A stretch of DNA of 64,000 nt, taken from a virus. Where the stretch lies: positions 19,267-83,266 of the IMG/VR virus record IMGVR_UViG_3300007609_001696; one strand, given 5' to 3'. The translations under genes were made by a program, and so were the position numbers. A model generated the notes under the pieces. It made no database searches and had not been told where the DNA came from. It saw only the letters and a list, made by a program, of their open reading frames with translations. Of the stretch, positions 17,388 to 26,394 are shown piece after piece (position 1 is the first letter of the stretch; each line of letters opens with the position of its first letter).

Positions 17388-19556
17388 CTATTTATCGCCT
17401 AGGACGGTAATTAATAAATCATTTGGTTGCAATTCAGTTGGTTTAACTTCACATGTAAAACCATCTCTGTCCACAATTAGACTATGATCTTCTGTTACGA
17501 TAATTTGCTTTCCAGATTCGCTTGTAACTTTATATTTTTTCTTTAAAGTTGAATGACGCATAACATACGAAATATTATAAAAGGAAGCCTGATCCTCATA
17601 ACTATTGTAACCTAACACTTTATGATCATTGTTTTTAGAAGTAGGAATCGCGTATTCTTTGTTGTTATCTTGAATAACCCTATATTCGATGTTATTAAAA
17701 AGTTCTTCGATACTAATTTTGTTGCCGTTTGACAAAGTTATTAAAGTATTGCCAGTTACACTATCGCCATATATAACTGCATCGCCAACGTGATTGTATT
17801 CACCTACAATCAGTTCATTTGCATATGCATCCATGTGCTTGGCAATTTGTCTGCCAGTGAGTGTAGTTGATTGACCAATGCGCTTATCAAAGAATCTACA
17901 ACCAGGGTTAAGAATAGCACCATACAAACTGTTCAAGTTAATTTTCTTGACCAGCTGTCTCTTATCCCAAAACTCTCTGTCTTCTGGTGTTTGTGCGTCT
18001 TTCTTTTTCTTCTGCAACTCCTTGCGTTCTGCATACCAACGTTCTAGCAGCCCAGGCACAACACCTTGTATATCGTAGCGGAAGATAGTGCCATTTGCAC
18101 TCAACACCCATGGTTCACTGCTGAGATAGATTAGTTTATAAATCTCTGCGCCTGTTAGTGTGTCCGATTCGCCGTTTTCCCAGTCTACTGTGATAGGATG
18201 AGTGGTGTCTTGTGACATAACATATCCGTATTCTCTACTGCCAAACTCCCCCTCCCAGGCCTCAGCAAAGCTCTTTTTCTTGGCCATTCTTGACTCAACC
18301 ATTTCTTCTGTGTAGTCCTGTCGGAGCTGACCAAGAATGGTTTCGGGTGCCATGTTAAGAGCACGAATCACACTAGGATATAGACTGTTCAAGTCAATAC
18401 TGCCAATCCATTTGTGCATGCCTTTTTTGGGATATGCAACATAAGCACCAGCTGCGGCAGTATTTTCGCCGTGATCCTTGCGATTGGGCACCACCATGCC
18501 GCGTTCGTGTGCCTCGTTGATAATGGCTTGTTCAGTAACAGCAACTGCTCCCATGGTTGTTTGTAGCAACACTGTGTTGGCATGGGCTAGTTCATTTGCA
18601 AGGGCTAGAAATTTAAGTTTTTTGTCTAGCTTTCCTAGTAGAGCAGTATCTTGTCTGTTGTAGTCGATAAACTTTTCAAAATCGTGATTGTACAATTGAT
18701 CAAGTGTACCTTCATAAGCAACTTTCTTTTCACTTAGTTCGTGCTCGCCTATGGCATCAAGGCTATAGCTGTGTCGTTCTTCGTAGGTGTATTTTCTGTA
18801 CAGTTGCATATAGTCCATGTGCACTCTGCCTACTAGATCAAATGTTTCATTTTCAGCACCATATCTTTCAAAAGTGCGTTTTTTAGGAAACTGATTCCAC
18901 AAACAAAACTGCCGAGTGTACTCCTTGCCCAGCACTTTGGTAATGCGATTCACTGTGTACGGAATATCATATCCTTCGCTGTTCCACCCACTTAGCACAT
19001 CAGCATCTTCGATCAGTGCTAAAAAAGTTTCCAGCATGTCTTCTTCGCGGTCAAACATAAAAGTATTGCCAAATTTCTCGGCAATCTGCTGTGCTTCTTG
19101 TGCATCTACAGTTTTTGGCGGAATAGCAAGAGTTACCAATTGATCTAGCCAGTCTAGATAGACTGTAATAGCTGTGATTTTGTTGAAAGGATCACTGGGC
19201 GGCGAAAAGCCTTTGGTGGTATCAAAGTCAGCCTCAATATCAAAAAAAGCTGTTTGAAGTTCAGGGGCATCGTGGTTATAGTAATTGTTGGCAAGACATC
19301 TAAACACTGGATTGATATCACTCTCAAACAGTGCTTTTTGCCCATGAATTTTCAGTTCTTTGCGAAATTCTTTTTGTGATTTACAACGAACTTGTGTTAC
19401 GGGATCTCCGTAGATACTGCGATGTTTGCCTTTGGGATCTGCATAGTAGAAAGTAAATTCTACTGGGTATTCACGAAACTCTCGTTGACCGCGAATGCGT
19501 TCCACAATGTGAATAGTGTCTCGATCTCTGTCAAACAGAGCGTCAACATATGACAT
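17388..19556 (-). CDS. DNA polymerase B N-terminal half (3'-5' exonuclease, motifs A and B) ending in a split-intein N fragment
   Basis: DIE, GWNSEGYD, YNRQD, DLNSLYPS, KINLNSLYG, YGD|SVTGNT. Confidence 0.93.
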   Translation of the reverse strand: MSYVDALFDRDRDTIHIVERIRGQREFREYPVEFTFYYADPKGKHRSIYGDPVTQVRCKSQKEFRKELKIHGQKALFESDINPVFRCLANNYYNHDAPELQTAFFDIEADFDTTKGFSPPSDPFNKITAITVYLDWLDQLVTLAIPPKTVDAQEAQQIAEKFGNTFMFDREEDMLETFLALIEDADVLSGWNSEGYDIPYTVNRITKVLGKEYTRQFCLWNQFPKKRTFERYGAENETFDLVGRVHMDYMQLYRKYTYEERHSYSLDAIGEHELSEKKVAYEGTLDQLYNHDFEKFIDYNRQDTALLGKLDKKLKFLALANELAHANTVLLQTTMGAVAVTEQAIINEAHERGMVVPNRKDHGENTAAAGAYVAYPKKGMHKWIGSIDLNSLYPSVIRALNMAPETILGQLRQDYTEEMVESRMAKKKSFAEAWEGEFGSREYGYVMSQDTTHPITVDWENGESDTLTGAEIYKLIYLSSEPWVLSANGTIFRYDIQGVVPGLLERWYAERKELQKKKKDAQTPEDREFWDKRQLVKKINLNSLYGAILNPGCRFFDKRIGQSTTLTGRQIAKHMDAYANELIVGEYNHVGDAVIYGDSVTGNTLITLSNGNKISIEELFNNIEYRVIQDNNKEYAIPTSKNNDHKVLGYNSYEDQASFYNISYVMRHSTLKKKYKVTSESGKQIIVTEDHSLIVDRDGFTCEVKPTELQPNDLLITVLGDK
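17391..17762 (-). mobile_element. Split intein N fragment (124 aa, Ser1)
   Basis: Block A SVTGNTLI...IEELF; block B IIVTEDHSL. Confidence 0.9.
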
Positions 19557-19560
19557 TTAT

Positions 19561-19617
19561 TTCTCCTGCTGTTTATGGCCAAGCTACCTTTCTTCATGCC
19601 TAGGGGCGGCGAACCTT
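19561..19617 (-). promoter_or_regulatory. Structured polB leader (possible tandem H-type pseudoknots abutting the RBS)
   Basis: GC-rich island AGGUUCGCCGCCCCUAGGC...GGUAGCUUGGCCAUAAACAGC-AGGAG. Confidence 0.4.
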
Positions 19618-19625
19618 GTTACACT

Positions 19626-19665
19626 AATATATAGCACAAATATATAGCACAAATATAATGTCACA
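19626..19665. repeat. 13-bp direct repeat (two perfect copies, one degenerate) upstream of polB
   Basis: aatatatagcaca x2, then aatataatgtcaca. Confidence 0.7.
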
Positions 19666-19888
19666 AAATATTTAATAATGTTAGTACCAATCCTGCTGTG
19701 CTCATCACTAGATTGGTGGCAATCATAGCACCATCACGCCACATAAAACTGACAATCAGCCATACATAGCCCCCTGCGGCTAGAATCAACGGACCAGCTG
19801 GGTACATGTCTGGAAAGCCGGCATTAACTACAGTGCCTAAGATTAGAGTTGTTGTGGCAATCCACTTTAGAATTGAATCCAACTTCAT
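19661..19888 (-). CDS. Small membrane protein
   Basis: Three hydrophobic segments. Confidence 0.65.
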   Translation of the reverse strand: MKLDSILKWIATTTLILGTVVNAGFPDMYPAGPLILAAGGYVWLIVSFMWRDGAMIATNLVMSTAGLVLTLLNIL

Positions 19889-20238
19889 TTTATCAAATAA
19901 TACTCTGTTTGTTGCTGATCTGTGAGCGTAGCGTACACTTCTACCATAGGATTAAACATACTCATTTTGGTTACTATACGTGTGTTCAAAGAAATTTTAT
20001 TGTCAAGAATCCAACAACCAATACGATTGTGTTCTAACCAGTCGGCTATTACCATGTTTGCAATAAGATCGGGCTCGTCTGTGTCGCCTATCTTGAATTC
20101 ATATACAAGGACGTTTTTACCACCAGCTGACGGCTCGCCCAAATCCAAATATGTTGACAAAGCAAAAATATCCTGTAAGTACCATAGGCCACAGTAGTTG
20201 CCTACGATAGTAAGCATAACATCCAGTGAGTGCACCAA
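19885..20238 (-). CDS. Hypothetical protein (true start probably near 20120)
   Basis: Coupled stop; 5' part overlaps the upstream gene. Confidence 0.45.
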   Translation of the reverse strand: MVHSLDVMLTIVGNYCGLWYLQDIFALSTYLDLGEPSAGGKNVLVYEFKIGDTDEPDLIANMVIADWLEHNRIGCWILDNKISLNTRIVTKMSMFNPMVEVYATLTDQQQTEYYLIK

Positions 20239-20401
20239 TTAAAAATCCTGGATATACAAATCTCATGTCAGGATCATATGCATAAAGTGCAAGGTACATA
20301 CTAGCACTCACTGTAAAAACAAAACTTACTATTTCGTTGTAAAAAGCAATTCTGTCACTGCGGTAGCTGTTGATCCAAAATTGCTTGACGTTTTCGATCA
20401 C
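20117..20401 (-). CDS. Small membrane protein
   Basis: Three hydrophobic segments. Confidence 0.65.
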   Translation of the reverse strand: MIENVKQFWINSYRSDRIAFYNEIVSFVFTVSASMYLALYAYDPDMRFVYPGFLIGALTGCYAYYRRQLLWPMVLTGYFCFVNIFGFGRAVSWW

Positions 20402-20661
20402 TGTAGTTTGCCAGTGGTATCAAGAATGGTCTCTAGTAAATCATATTCTTCGCTGTGTTGCCCAAAGTTTCCCTTGTGAGCCACACGAATGGCTTTTTTT
20501 AGCACACTTGGCTTGATTTCCATTTCTTCTGCAATTGCTTTGATGGTGTCGTTTAAACCTTCGTTGAGCATGTCGACTTCTTGCATCACGTTCATGCCTT
20601 CGTTGATAATTTGTACAAGTTTTTGCACTTCTGCCGGGTTGAATACTTTTCCTGAACTCAT
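20398..20661 (-). CDS. T4 DsbA / DUF2312-like dsDNA-binding protein
   Basis: Helical 87 aa, IKAIAEEMEIKPSVLKKAIR. Confidence 0.6.
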   Translation of the reverse strand: MSSGKVFNPAEVQKLVQIINEGMNVMQEVDMLNEGLNDTIKAIAEEMEIKPSVLKKAIRVAHKGNFGQHSEEYDLLETILDTTGKLQ

Positions 20662-20716
20662 AGAGACCTCTTGTTATATCTAATGTTATTGTATAGGATC
20701 AAAGATAGTTTGTCAA

Positions 20717-21757
20717 TTAATTTTTTGGATTAAATTGGAACAACATTTCCTGTGGCTTGTCTGTGGTAATAATGGCTGGATTTTTACGAAAAACCTGTAT
20801 CTGTTCCAAGTCATCTGCATTCTTGATTACACCCATGGCATTGTCTGCAAAACTAATGGCTGCTAGAACCTGCCATTCGCCGCCCATGTCTGAGTTTTTA
20901 TACCAGTCAAAGTTGTCTTTGATGTAGGCTTTGCGAACAAGATTTGGATCTGCATTGTTTTTGGAAAATTCTTGAATGCTTCTGCTAGCAGAGTTTCCAA
21001 AAATTTCACCAAACACTGCTTCACCTATCTCCTTGCGATCAGCAGGAGTAATACCTTCTACTGAATTTACCAGTTGAACAAATGTTTCAACATTCATGCT
21101 TTTTTGTTTGTTGAGAAATTCGGCCACAGGTGCAGCCAACTTTTCAAACCCTGATAGTATCTGTACCATGCGACTTCTACTGGGCAGTTGTCCAGTTTCG
21201 CCAAATCGGCCGCCGCCGCCGCCTTTCTTTTCGCTGGTGGCTGCTTTGACTTCAACAGGTGTATCTCCAACTGTTACATCGCCTTTGCCTTGTATGCTGA
21301 TGTCCGAACTTAGAATAGCAAGTGCATGTTCCGCAGGCCCTTTCATTTTTTGCCCAACACCATAGCTTTTCAGATGTTCAAACACAGCTCTGTTAATTGG
21401 GTCGCCATAGGTCAATTGGTCGATGGTATAGCTGCCTGGAGTAATTAGCAGTTTGGCATTGATTACACGGTTGTTTTCTAGGTTTTCCAAGAATTTTAAC
21501 TTTTGCGGATAGCTGAGATTAGAATCTGCAATCTTTGCTGCAATACGACGAATTTCTGCGACTGCATACTCGTCTTTGAGCACTTCTGGCAATACCTCGC
21601 CGAATCGACTGGTTATGTTGTTTTTGTTCAATACTGTATAGATTTTATCCAGCAAGTCTCTGTCTTGTTCGGCCTGCAGGCGCTTGACAATCAACTGCTT
21701 TAGTTCTTTGTCTGCAATTTCTTCTTGGTATTCTCGGACAATTTGTGTAATTTTCAT
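20717..21757 (-). CDS. PD-(D/E)xK nuclease-like protein with a capsid-targeting-like N-terminus
   Basis: GPAE...GKGDV.......VEVK...GRF; N-terminus MKITQIVRE. Confidence 0.55.
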   Translation of the reverse strand: MKITQIVREYQEEIADKELKQLIVKRLQAEQDRDLLDKIYTVLNKNNITSRFGEVLPEVLKDEYAVAEIRRIAAKIADSNLSYPQKLKFLENLENNRVINAKLLITPGSYTIDQLTYGDPINRAVFEHLKSYGVGQKMKGPAEHALAILSSDISIQGKGDVTVGDTPVEVKAATSEKKGGGGGRFGETGQLPSRSRMVQILSGFEKLAAPVAEFLNKQKSMNVETFVQLVNSVEGITPADRKEIGEAVFGEIFGNSASRSIQEFSKNNADPNLVRKAYIKDNFDWYKNSDMGGEWQVLAAISFADNAMGVIKNADDLEQIQVFRKNPAIITTDKPQEMLFQFNPKN

Positions 21758-21764
21758 ATTGTAT

Positions 21765-22058
21765 TTAGTTGATGATTTTTTCTATTATCAACAGCACTAA
21801 GTCGTCTGTGCCTTTGATTATTCTATGGTGCGTGCCGCTGTCAATTAGGTATATTTTGTTGTGTACAAACGGTTCAGGCAATTGGTTATCGTACTGCAAT
21901 TGCCAATTGTTACCTTTGATTACTTGCACTGTTCTATCAAACTGATCTGTATGCCATTCCAGCCGATCTTCGTTGACGTCTTTGTCAAACACTCTAACAA
22001 ATATTCTTTTGCTAGATGTTTGCCAAGCAACAGTGTCTGTGTAAGGTGTTACCACCAA
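21765..22058 (-). CDS. Small cupin-like protein
   Basis: WHTD..DR, WQLQ.D, HRIIKG. Confidence 0.6.
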   Translation of the reverse strand: MVVTPYTDTVAWQTSSKRIFVRVFDKDVNEDRLEWHTDQFDRTVQVIKGNNWQLQYDNQLPEPFVHNKIYLIDSGTHHRIIKGTDDLVLLIIEKIIN

Positions 22059-22645
22059 CGACCTCCGCCTTTGAGCCCCAAAGACTTGGCATATCGTGGC
22101 AATCTACAAGCCCAGTAGCCTGCTTTGGTTTTGTCTTTTTTCTTTTCGCAGTTGTGTCTGGCTGCAAAGCTTTTACGAGCTTCTGGATCTTGTAATTTAA
22201 CAGAGAGATTGCCACCGCCACCTTCTGCACCAAATTCTACTTTGTTAACATTGCCTGATTTGGGATTTTTAACATACACGTAGAATTTTTTACTGCCGCC
22301 GCGTTTGGGTTTGTTGAGCTCTACATCTCTGCCTTGATATTCAGCTTCTTTGATCACATGTTCATGTTCTTCGATTGGAAAGTCTAATGGTACATCGCCG
22401 ACACCCTCTACAAATGCCCATTCGCCAATGTCTGTGTGTTCTATCAGTTCACGATCGAACCAGTGATTCAATTCTAATTCACCGTTGTTGTACTGTTGTC
22501 GTGCTTCGCGAAACAGTTCAAAATATGCGTCACTGCCCATGCGAAACATGTTTTCATGCAGATATACGCTGTTGTCAATGTGGAAATCAAGTGCTTCGCG
22601 AGCACGTGACTCGCGAGGCTTGTTGTTTAAATTTTTTGCTTTCAT
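22049..22645 (-). CDS. Probable internal head protein with a basic Cys-containing C-terminal module
   Basis: IKE|AEYQGRDV...ARHNC...YWAC. Confidence 0.6.
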   Translation of the reverse strand: MKAKNLNNKPRESRAREALDFHIDNSVYLHENMFRMGSDAYFELFREARQQYNNGELELNHWFDRELIEHTDIGEWAFVEGVGDVPLDFPIEEHEHVIKEAEYQGRDVELNKPKRGGSKKFYVYVKNPKSGNVNKVEFGAEGGGGNLSVKLQDPEARKSFAARHNCEKKKDKTKAGYWACRLPRYAKSLGLKGGGRWW

Positions 22646-22663
22646 GCAAGTATTTAGTTGTGT

Positions 22664-23428
22664 TTAAATACCAGCGGCTTTCTTACAATTGAGTATGTAT
22701 GCACTCATGTTGTGGTCCATAAGACCGTCAAAAGGTTTAAATTTACTCCATGCACTGACTATACCTGCCAATCTGTCTATGATTTCCTGCCATTTATTGT
22801 ACTTGACAAGAACCCCATACCGATTGAAGTACATCAATTCACCATGATGGCAATAGAACAACAGTGCTGGTGGCACTCGTGTAACAATATCATTGTTGTT
22901 GACATAACGATAGTGCGAGAATGTGCAGTTTTCTACAAACTTTCTGTTTCCTGCTCTAGGACTACCGTATGTGTACAAACAATCAATGTGGCACTCGTCC
23001 TGTAGTTTACTGGCTGCAATTGTGGCCATGGCTGCACCCAAGCTGTGCCCTGTTATAAAAAACTTTTCAACGTCACTGTCAAACACATGCTTTTGCATGG
23101 CTGACATCACATCGTTCCAAATGTCTAATACCTCATTTTGGAATCCGTCGTGCACCCAACCGCTTGCTTCTGCGTCATCTGGCAATGCATTCAAATCTGC
23201 TGCTAAATCGTTCCACTGATCTGGTTCTGTACCCCTGAAGCTGAGTACCATCACGTTGTCTTGTTTTGAGAGGTAACCTTGTGCGCCACCTTTGTTGAAA
23301 AATTCTAAAACTTCAAATCCAATGCCTTCAAAAGGATTGTTTGTGCCGTTGTAATCTTCGTATGTCTTTCCTGCTATAACCGCGCAGACATAACCCACAT
23401 ATGCGGGATTGTTAAAATCTTGTTTCAT
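22664..23428 (-). CDS. Class 3 lipase
   Basis: FRGT, VHDGF, TGHSLG, YGSPRAG, DIVTRVP. Confidence 0.88.
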   Translation of the reverse strand: MKQDFNNPAYVGYVCAVIAGKTYEDYNGTNNPFEGIGFEVLEFFNKGGAQGYLSKQDNVMVLSFRGTEPDQWNDLAADLNALPDDAEASGWVHDGFQNEVLDIWNDVMSAMQKHVFDSDVEKFFITGHSLGAAMATIAASKLQDECHIDCLYTYGSPRAGNRKFVENCTFSHYRYVNNNDIVTRVPPALLFYCHHGELMYFNRYGVLVKYNKWQEIIDRLAGIVSAWSKFKPFDGLMDHNMSAYILNCKKAAGI

Positions 23429-23474
23429 TTTTGACCCTCTAACCTTGTCTTTCGACAGTAATATTTATCGGGTA

Positions 23475-23639
23475 CTAGGTTGTTTTAGAGGACATAGCTG
23501 TGTTTTTATCACACAACAGGCACACACACTTTTTGCAGATCACATAAGTAAACCTGCCAATTTCACGACCGTTTACAGTTTTCTGCAAAGCTTGCATGCA
23601 ATGAGAAGGATTTTTGCATTTAGAACAAGTTGTTTTCAT
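23475..23639 (-). CDS. Cys-rich 54-aa protein (metal-binding)
   Basis: Manual ORF with ATGA overlap; CSKC...HC...CKKCVCLLC. Confidence 0.55.
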   Translation of the reverse strand: MKTTCSKCKNPSHCMQALQKTVNGREIGRFTYVICKKCVCLLCDKNTAMSSKTT

Positions 23640-23947
23640 TTGTTTTTGACGTTTTTAGCCTTTCCGCGACGATCTGGATTTGGATCTTTTCTGCGTTTTC
23701 TGCGAACTGCTCTGGCAATACCAGCTTTGCCATCCTTTTTACCATCTCCGTCTGCGTCCGCGTTTCGCAAGCTAGCGGCTTTGCTCTTGCTCAAACACTT
23801 GGGCTTGGCATTGCCTTTGGTATCCCCGCACTTGCCGATTCGCTCGCCTTTGCTGTTGTAAGCATCCCAGCCTCCGCCACCTGCGCCACCTTTTTTGCCT
23901 TTGCCGAACCAATCCTTTAAACTTTCAGAAATTTCAGCGATCCGCAT
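23636..23947 (-). CDS. Basic probable internal head protein
   Basis: MRIAEISE|SLKDWF...KCG...PKCL, K/R-rich. Confidence 0.65.
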   Translation of the reverse strand: MRIAEISESLKDWFGKGKKGGAGGGGWDAYNSKGERIGKCGDTKGNAKPKCLSKSKAASLRNADADGDGKKDGKAGIARAVRRKRRKDPNPDRRGKAKNVKNK

Positions 23948-24354
23948 TATTCTTTGTCCCAACTAAGGCTGGTTTCGTCTGTGTCAATAGGACCACCAGC
24001 CGCCCAAGTTCGACAGGTCCTTGCACTGTGACACTTGAATTTGTGCATCCAGCAGTAGCCCAAGTATCCATCTTCGTCTTCTAGCTCGCCCGGCATACAT
24101 TCTAGCATTCTTGGGCTGATATCAAATGCCGCACAGTTTGAACAAAGACTGGCTTTTGCGGCTTCTTCTGTGGTATTCCAGTGTTCTGCTATGTCTTTCC
24201 AGTAATCACCGGGCACATCAACGTTTAGAGGGCCGTACTGTATGTGATCAGCACGAATAGCGGCATCACGGTTTTTAGTGTTGAGTTCCAAGTCTTGTGT
24301 TGCCAGTGGACAATTTTTTTCAATTGCTTCTAGTACGTTGATCAAGTCTCTCAT
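23947..24354 (-). CDS. Cys-rich protein (possible Fe-S or Zn binding)
   Basis: CP..., CSNC, GYCWMHKFKCHSARTC; N-terminus MRDLINVLE. Confidence 0.65.
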   Translation of the reverse strand: MRDLINVLEAIEKNCPLATQDLELNTKNRDAAIRADHIQYGPLNVDVPGDYWKDIAEHWNTTEEAAKASLCSNCAAFDISPRMLECMPGELEDEDGYLGYCWMHKFKCHSARTCRTWAAGGPIDTDETSLSWDKE

Positions 24355-24917
24355 TTCTTCTTGCTCTTGTTGCCCCAGTTTTTAGCACCCACTTTGCGAC
24401 ATTGTACTAGTGCTCCACTTGCATATGCACTTGGCCACACTTTATAGCGACTTTTGACTTTGTGATAACAAGCATCTTTTTCGCCAGCTGCTTCGTCAAA
24501 CTGCTCTTCAGTGATAGTTTCGACACTTTCTTCCAGGCCAAATTCTCTTGGATCGGGCCATGAATCACGTTTGCCTTTATAGTAGTCGTTTACAGCTTGA
24601 TACCATGCTTCTTTGTCGTTTATTTTGTATCCGGCAATCTTTTCAAAGTCTTTGACTAACTTTTCTCTAGCACTAGATTTAGCTTCACTTACTGGATCTA
24701 TTGTAGCAAATACTTGTGTCTTCTTGTTGTATTTTTGTTGGATAGTAGATGCGGCCCGGTTGGCAGATTGTTGGTTGCCGAATACTTTCCACTTTTTTCC
24801 ATCAATGTGCACAGCATAGTTATTCATGTTGCTTTGGTCGGGTTCGTCGTATGCACGATAGTCACTACCTGGACCTTTGCCGCCGTTGTATTGTTCGGTG
24901 AATTCATTTGCTTTCAT
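24351..24917 (-). CDS. Modular probable internal head protein
   Basis: MKANEFTE; C-terminal module KDACYHKVK..WPSAYASGALVQCRK. Confidence 0.65.
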   Translation of the reverse strand: MKANEFTEQYNGGKGPGSDYRAYDEPDQSNMNNYAVHIDGKKWKVFGNQQSANRAASTIQQKYNKKTQVFATIDPVSEAKSSAREKLVKDFEKIAGYKINDKEAWYQAVNDYYKGKRDSWPDPREFGLEESVETITEEQFDEAAGEKDACYHKVKSRYKVWPSAYASGALVQCRKVGAKNWGNKSKKK

Positions 24918-24921
24918 GTTA

Positions 24922-25188
24922 TTATCCTAAAATCATTTGCTCTAATCGTGCTATTCTGGCCTCTAGTTGTGCAATCTTTTGATCTTTGTCGTCAGTTGGC
25001 TGTGTATCAACTTTTTGTGGCGGTGTTGCAGGAACCTCAGCAGGAACACTTTCGTTGAGTTTGCCGAGTATGTCTTTCATTGCGGCTTTTTCGGCACTCA
25101 ACGATCCTGGTGTAGGTGCAGCTGATTCGTCTGAGTCTGTTTGGCCTTCCATTCTCTGAAGGATTTTCAACATTTCTGGGTCGTGCAT
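24922..25188 (-). CDS. Hypothetical protein
   Basis: AAGGA RBS, TAAATA upstream. Confidence 0.6.
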   Translation of the reverse strand: MHDPEMLKILQRMEGQTDSDESAAPTPGSLSAEKAAMKDILGKLNESVPAEVPATPPQKVDTQPTDDKDQKIAQLEARIARLEQMILG

Positions 25189-25210
25189 GGTTTTTGATCC
25201 TTTTGTCTAT

Positions 25211-26380
25211 TTATGATAAAAATTCTTCTATTCTAGTACCTGTAATCTCTCGCATATTTTGCTGAAAAAACAAATGTCTATTGTGTCTTAGTTTTTCAAT
25301 TATTGCAGGTGTGATTTCAACGTCTTGTTTGCAATTATCAACAATAGTTTTTAGTCGCTGTGCTCTGTTGTATTCGTTGTCGTAGCTTTCGTCAAACAAT
25401 TCCGGGAAGGTTTCGTAACCTCTGCTTTGCAAATAAGACAGCGTGCCTGCAGTGCCAAATATTTGAAAAGGATGGCCAATAGCAATAGGTTTGTAGGTCT
25501 TTTCTGTAAAAAACAACATGTAGTCCATGGTGTGTGTTTCCGACACCAAGCTGAATTTGGTTTTATAGTAGAGCTCTAGGGGACTCAAAAACGTGTGTTG
25601 TTTGTACAAGTCCGAATAAAAGTTTTGTATAAAATCCAAAAAGTTGTTGTAATTGCTGTTGTCATAATTAAAACGGTCAAACAATTGTTGATCGGCAATA
25701 TGCTTTTGGTGTTGCCACAAGCAACTTACTATATTGCTATCCAACAGGTTATCTTTGTGCAGATAGTACAAACAAGCTTGTTTGTTTGGTCTAACCAGTG
25801 CATTTAGATTAATAAAATTGTGTTGTTTTGGCGTACAAATATAGGTGTTCAAACTTTCAAGAATAGACGGTGTTTCCTTGTATTCTATTCTATCGTAGTG
25901 TATCATTTCCCATATTTCTACACTACACACATGCATTTCTGAAAAATAACTGTGCTCAAACTTTTTGTGGTTGTGTTCGCCATTTAAATCTCCTGTGATA
26001 AAACATATTTTGTCAGCAGGAATTTGCATCTTGCTGAGAATGTTATAAAAGTTATTCCATGCATCATCAAGCCACCAGTAGGAGTTTGCTTCTGTGGCTT
26101 GATACAGCAACAATTTTGTGTCTTCTCTTTGCAAATAATCAATGTAATGCTGTGGTAAGTTTAAAAAATCCTTGAAACTATGAGGGTTGTAAAGATTTAG
26201 GCAACAATAATTTTTGTTGTGTTTTTTTGGCTCTGTGGACTTTGAAAAAACTACACCGCACTTGTGCAACAGCCATTCAACAGTCCAATTCCAGTATTGA
26301 TCGTTGCCGCTGAACGTTCGCTCTTTTTGGTTGTAGCAGCTTGTGTCGAGTGTTTGGTTTGGGTAAACAAGGTTAACCAT
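25211..26380 (-). CDS. Putative glycosyltransferase-like protein (ET...TEK family)
   Basis: ETH..FFTEKTYKPI..GHPF..G..G.L..L..GY.TF; paralog of 31944..33170. Confidence 0.55.
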   Translation of the reverse strand: MVNLVYPNQTLDTSCYNQKERTFSGNDQYWNWTVEWLLHKCGVVFSKSTEPKKHNKNYCCLNLYNPHSFKDFLNLPQHYIDYLQREDTKLLLYQATEANSYWWLDDAWNNFYNILSKMQIPADKICFITGDLNGEHNHKKFEHSYFSEMHVCSVEIWEMIHYDRIEYKETPSILESLNTYICTPKQHNFINLNALVRPNKQACLYYLHKDNLLDSNIVSCLWQHQKHIADQQLFDRFNYDNSNYNNFLDFIQNFYSDLYKQHTFLSPLELYYKTKFSLVSETHTMDYMLFFTEKTYKPIAIGHPFQIFGTAGTLSYLQSRGYETFPELFDESYDNEYNRAQRLKTIVDNCKQDVEITPAIIEKLRHNRHLFFQQNMREITGTRIEEFLS

Positions 26381-26394
26381 AAATATATTTATGG
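26377..26394. promoter_or_regulatory. Perfect 18-bp palindrome: bidirectional TAAATA late promoter containing both start codons
   Basis: CCATAAATATATTTATGG. Confidence 0.7.

Noticed and set aside
16406-17388. Intron or contiguous intein in polB
   Set aside because: IntN ends in a stop; the endonuclease and IntC have separate RBS/ATG starts, and the endonuclease is out of frame with both halves.
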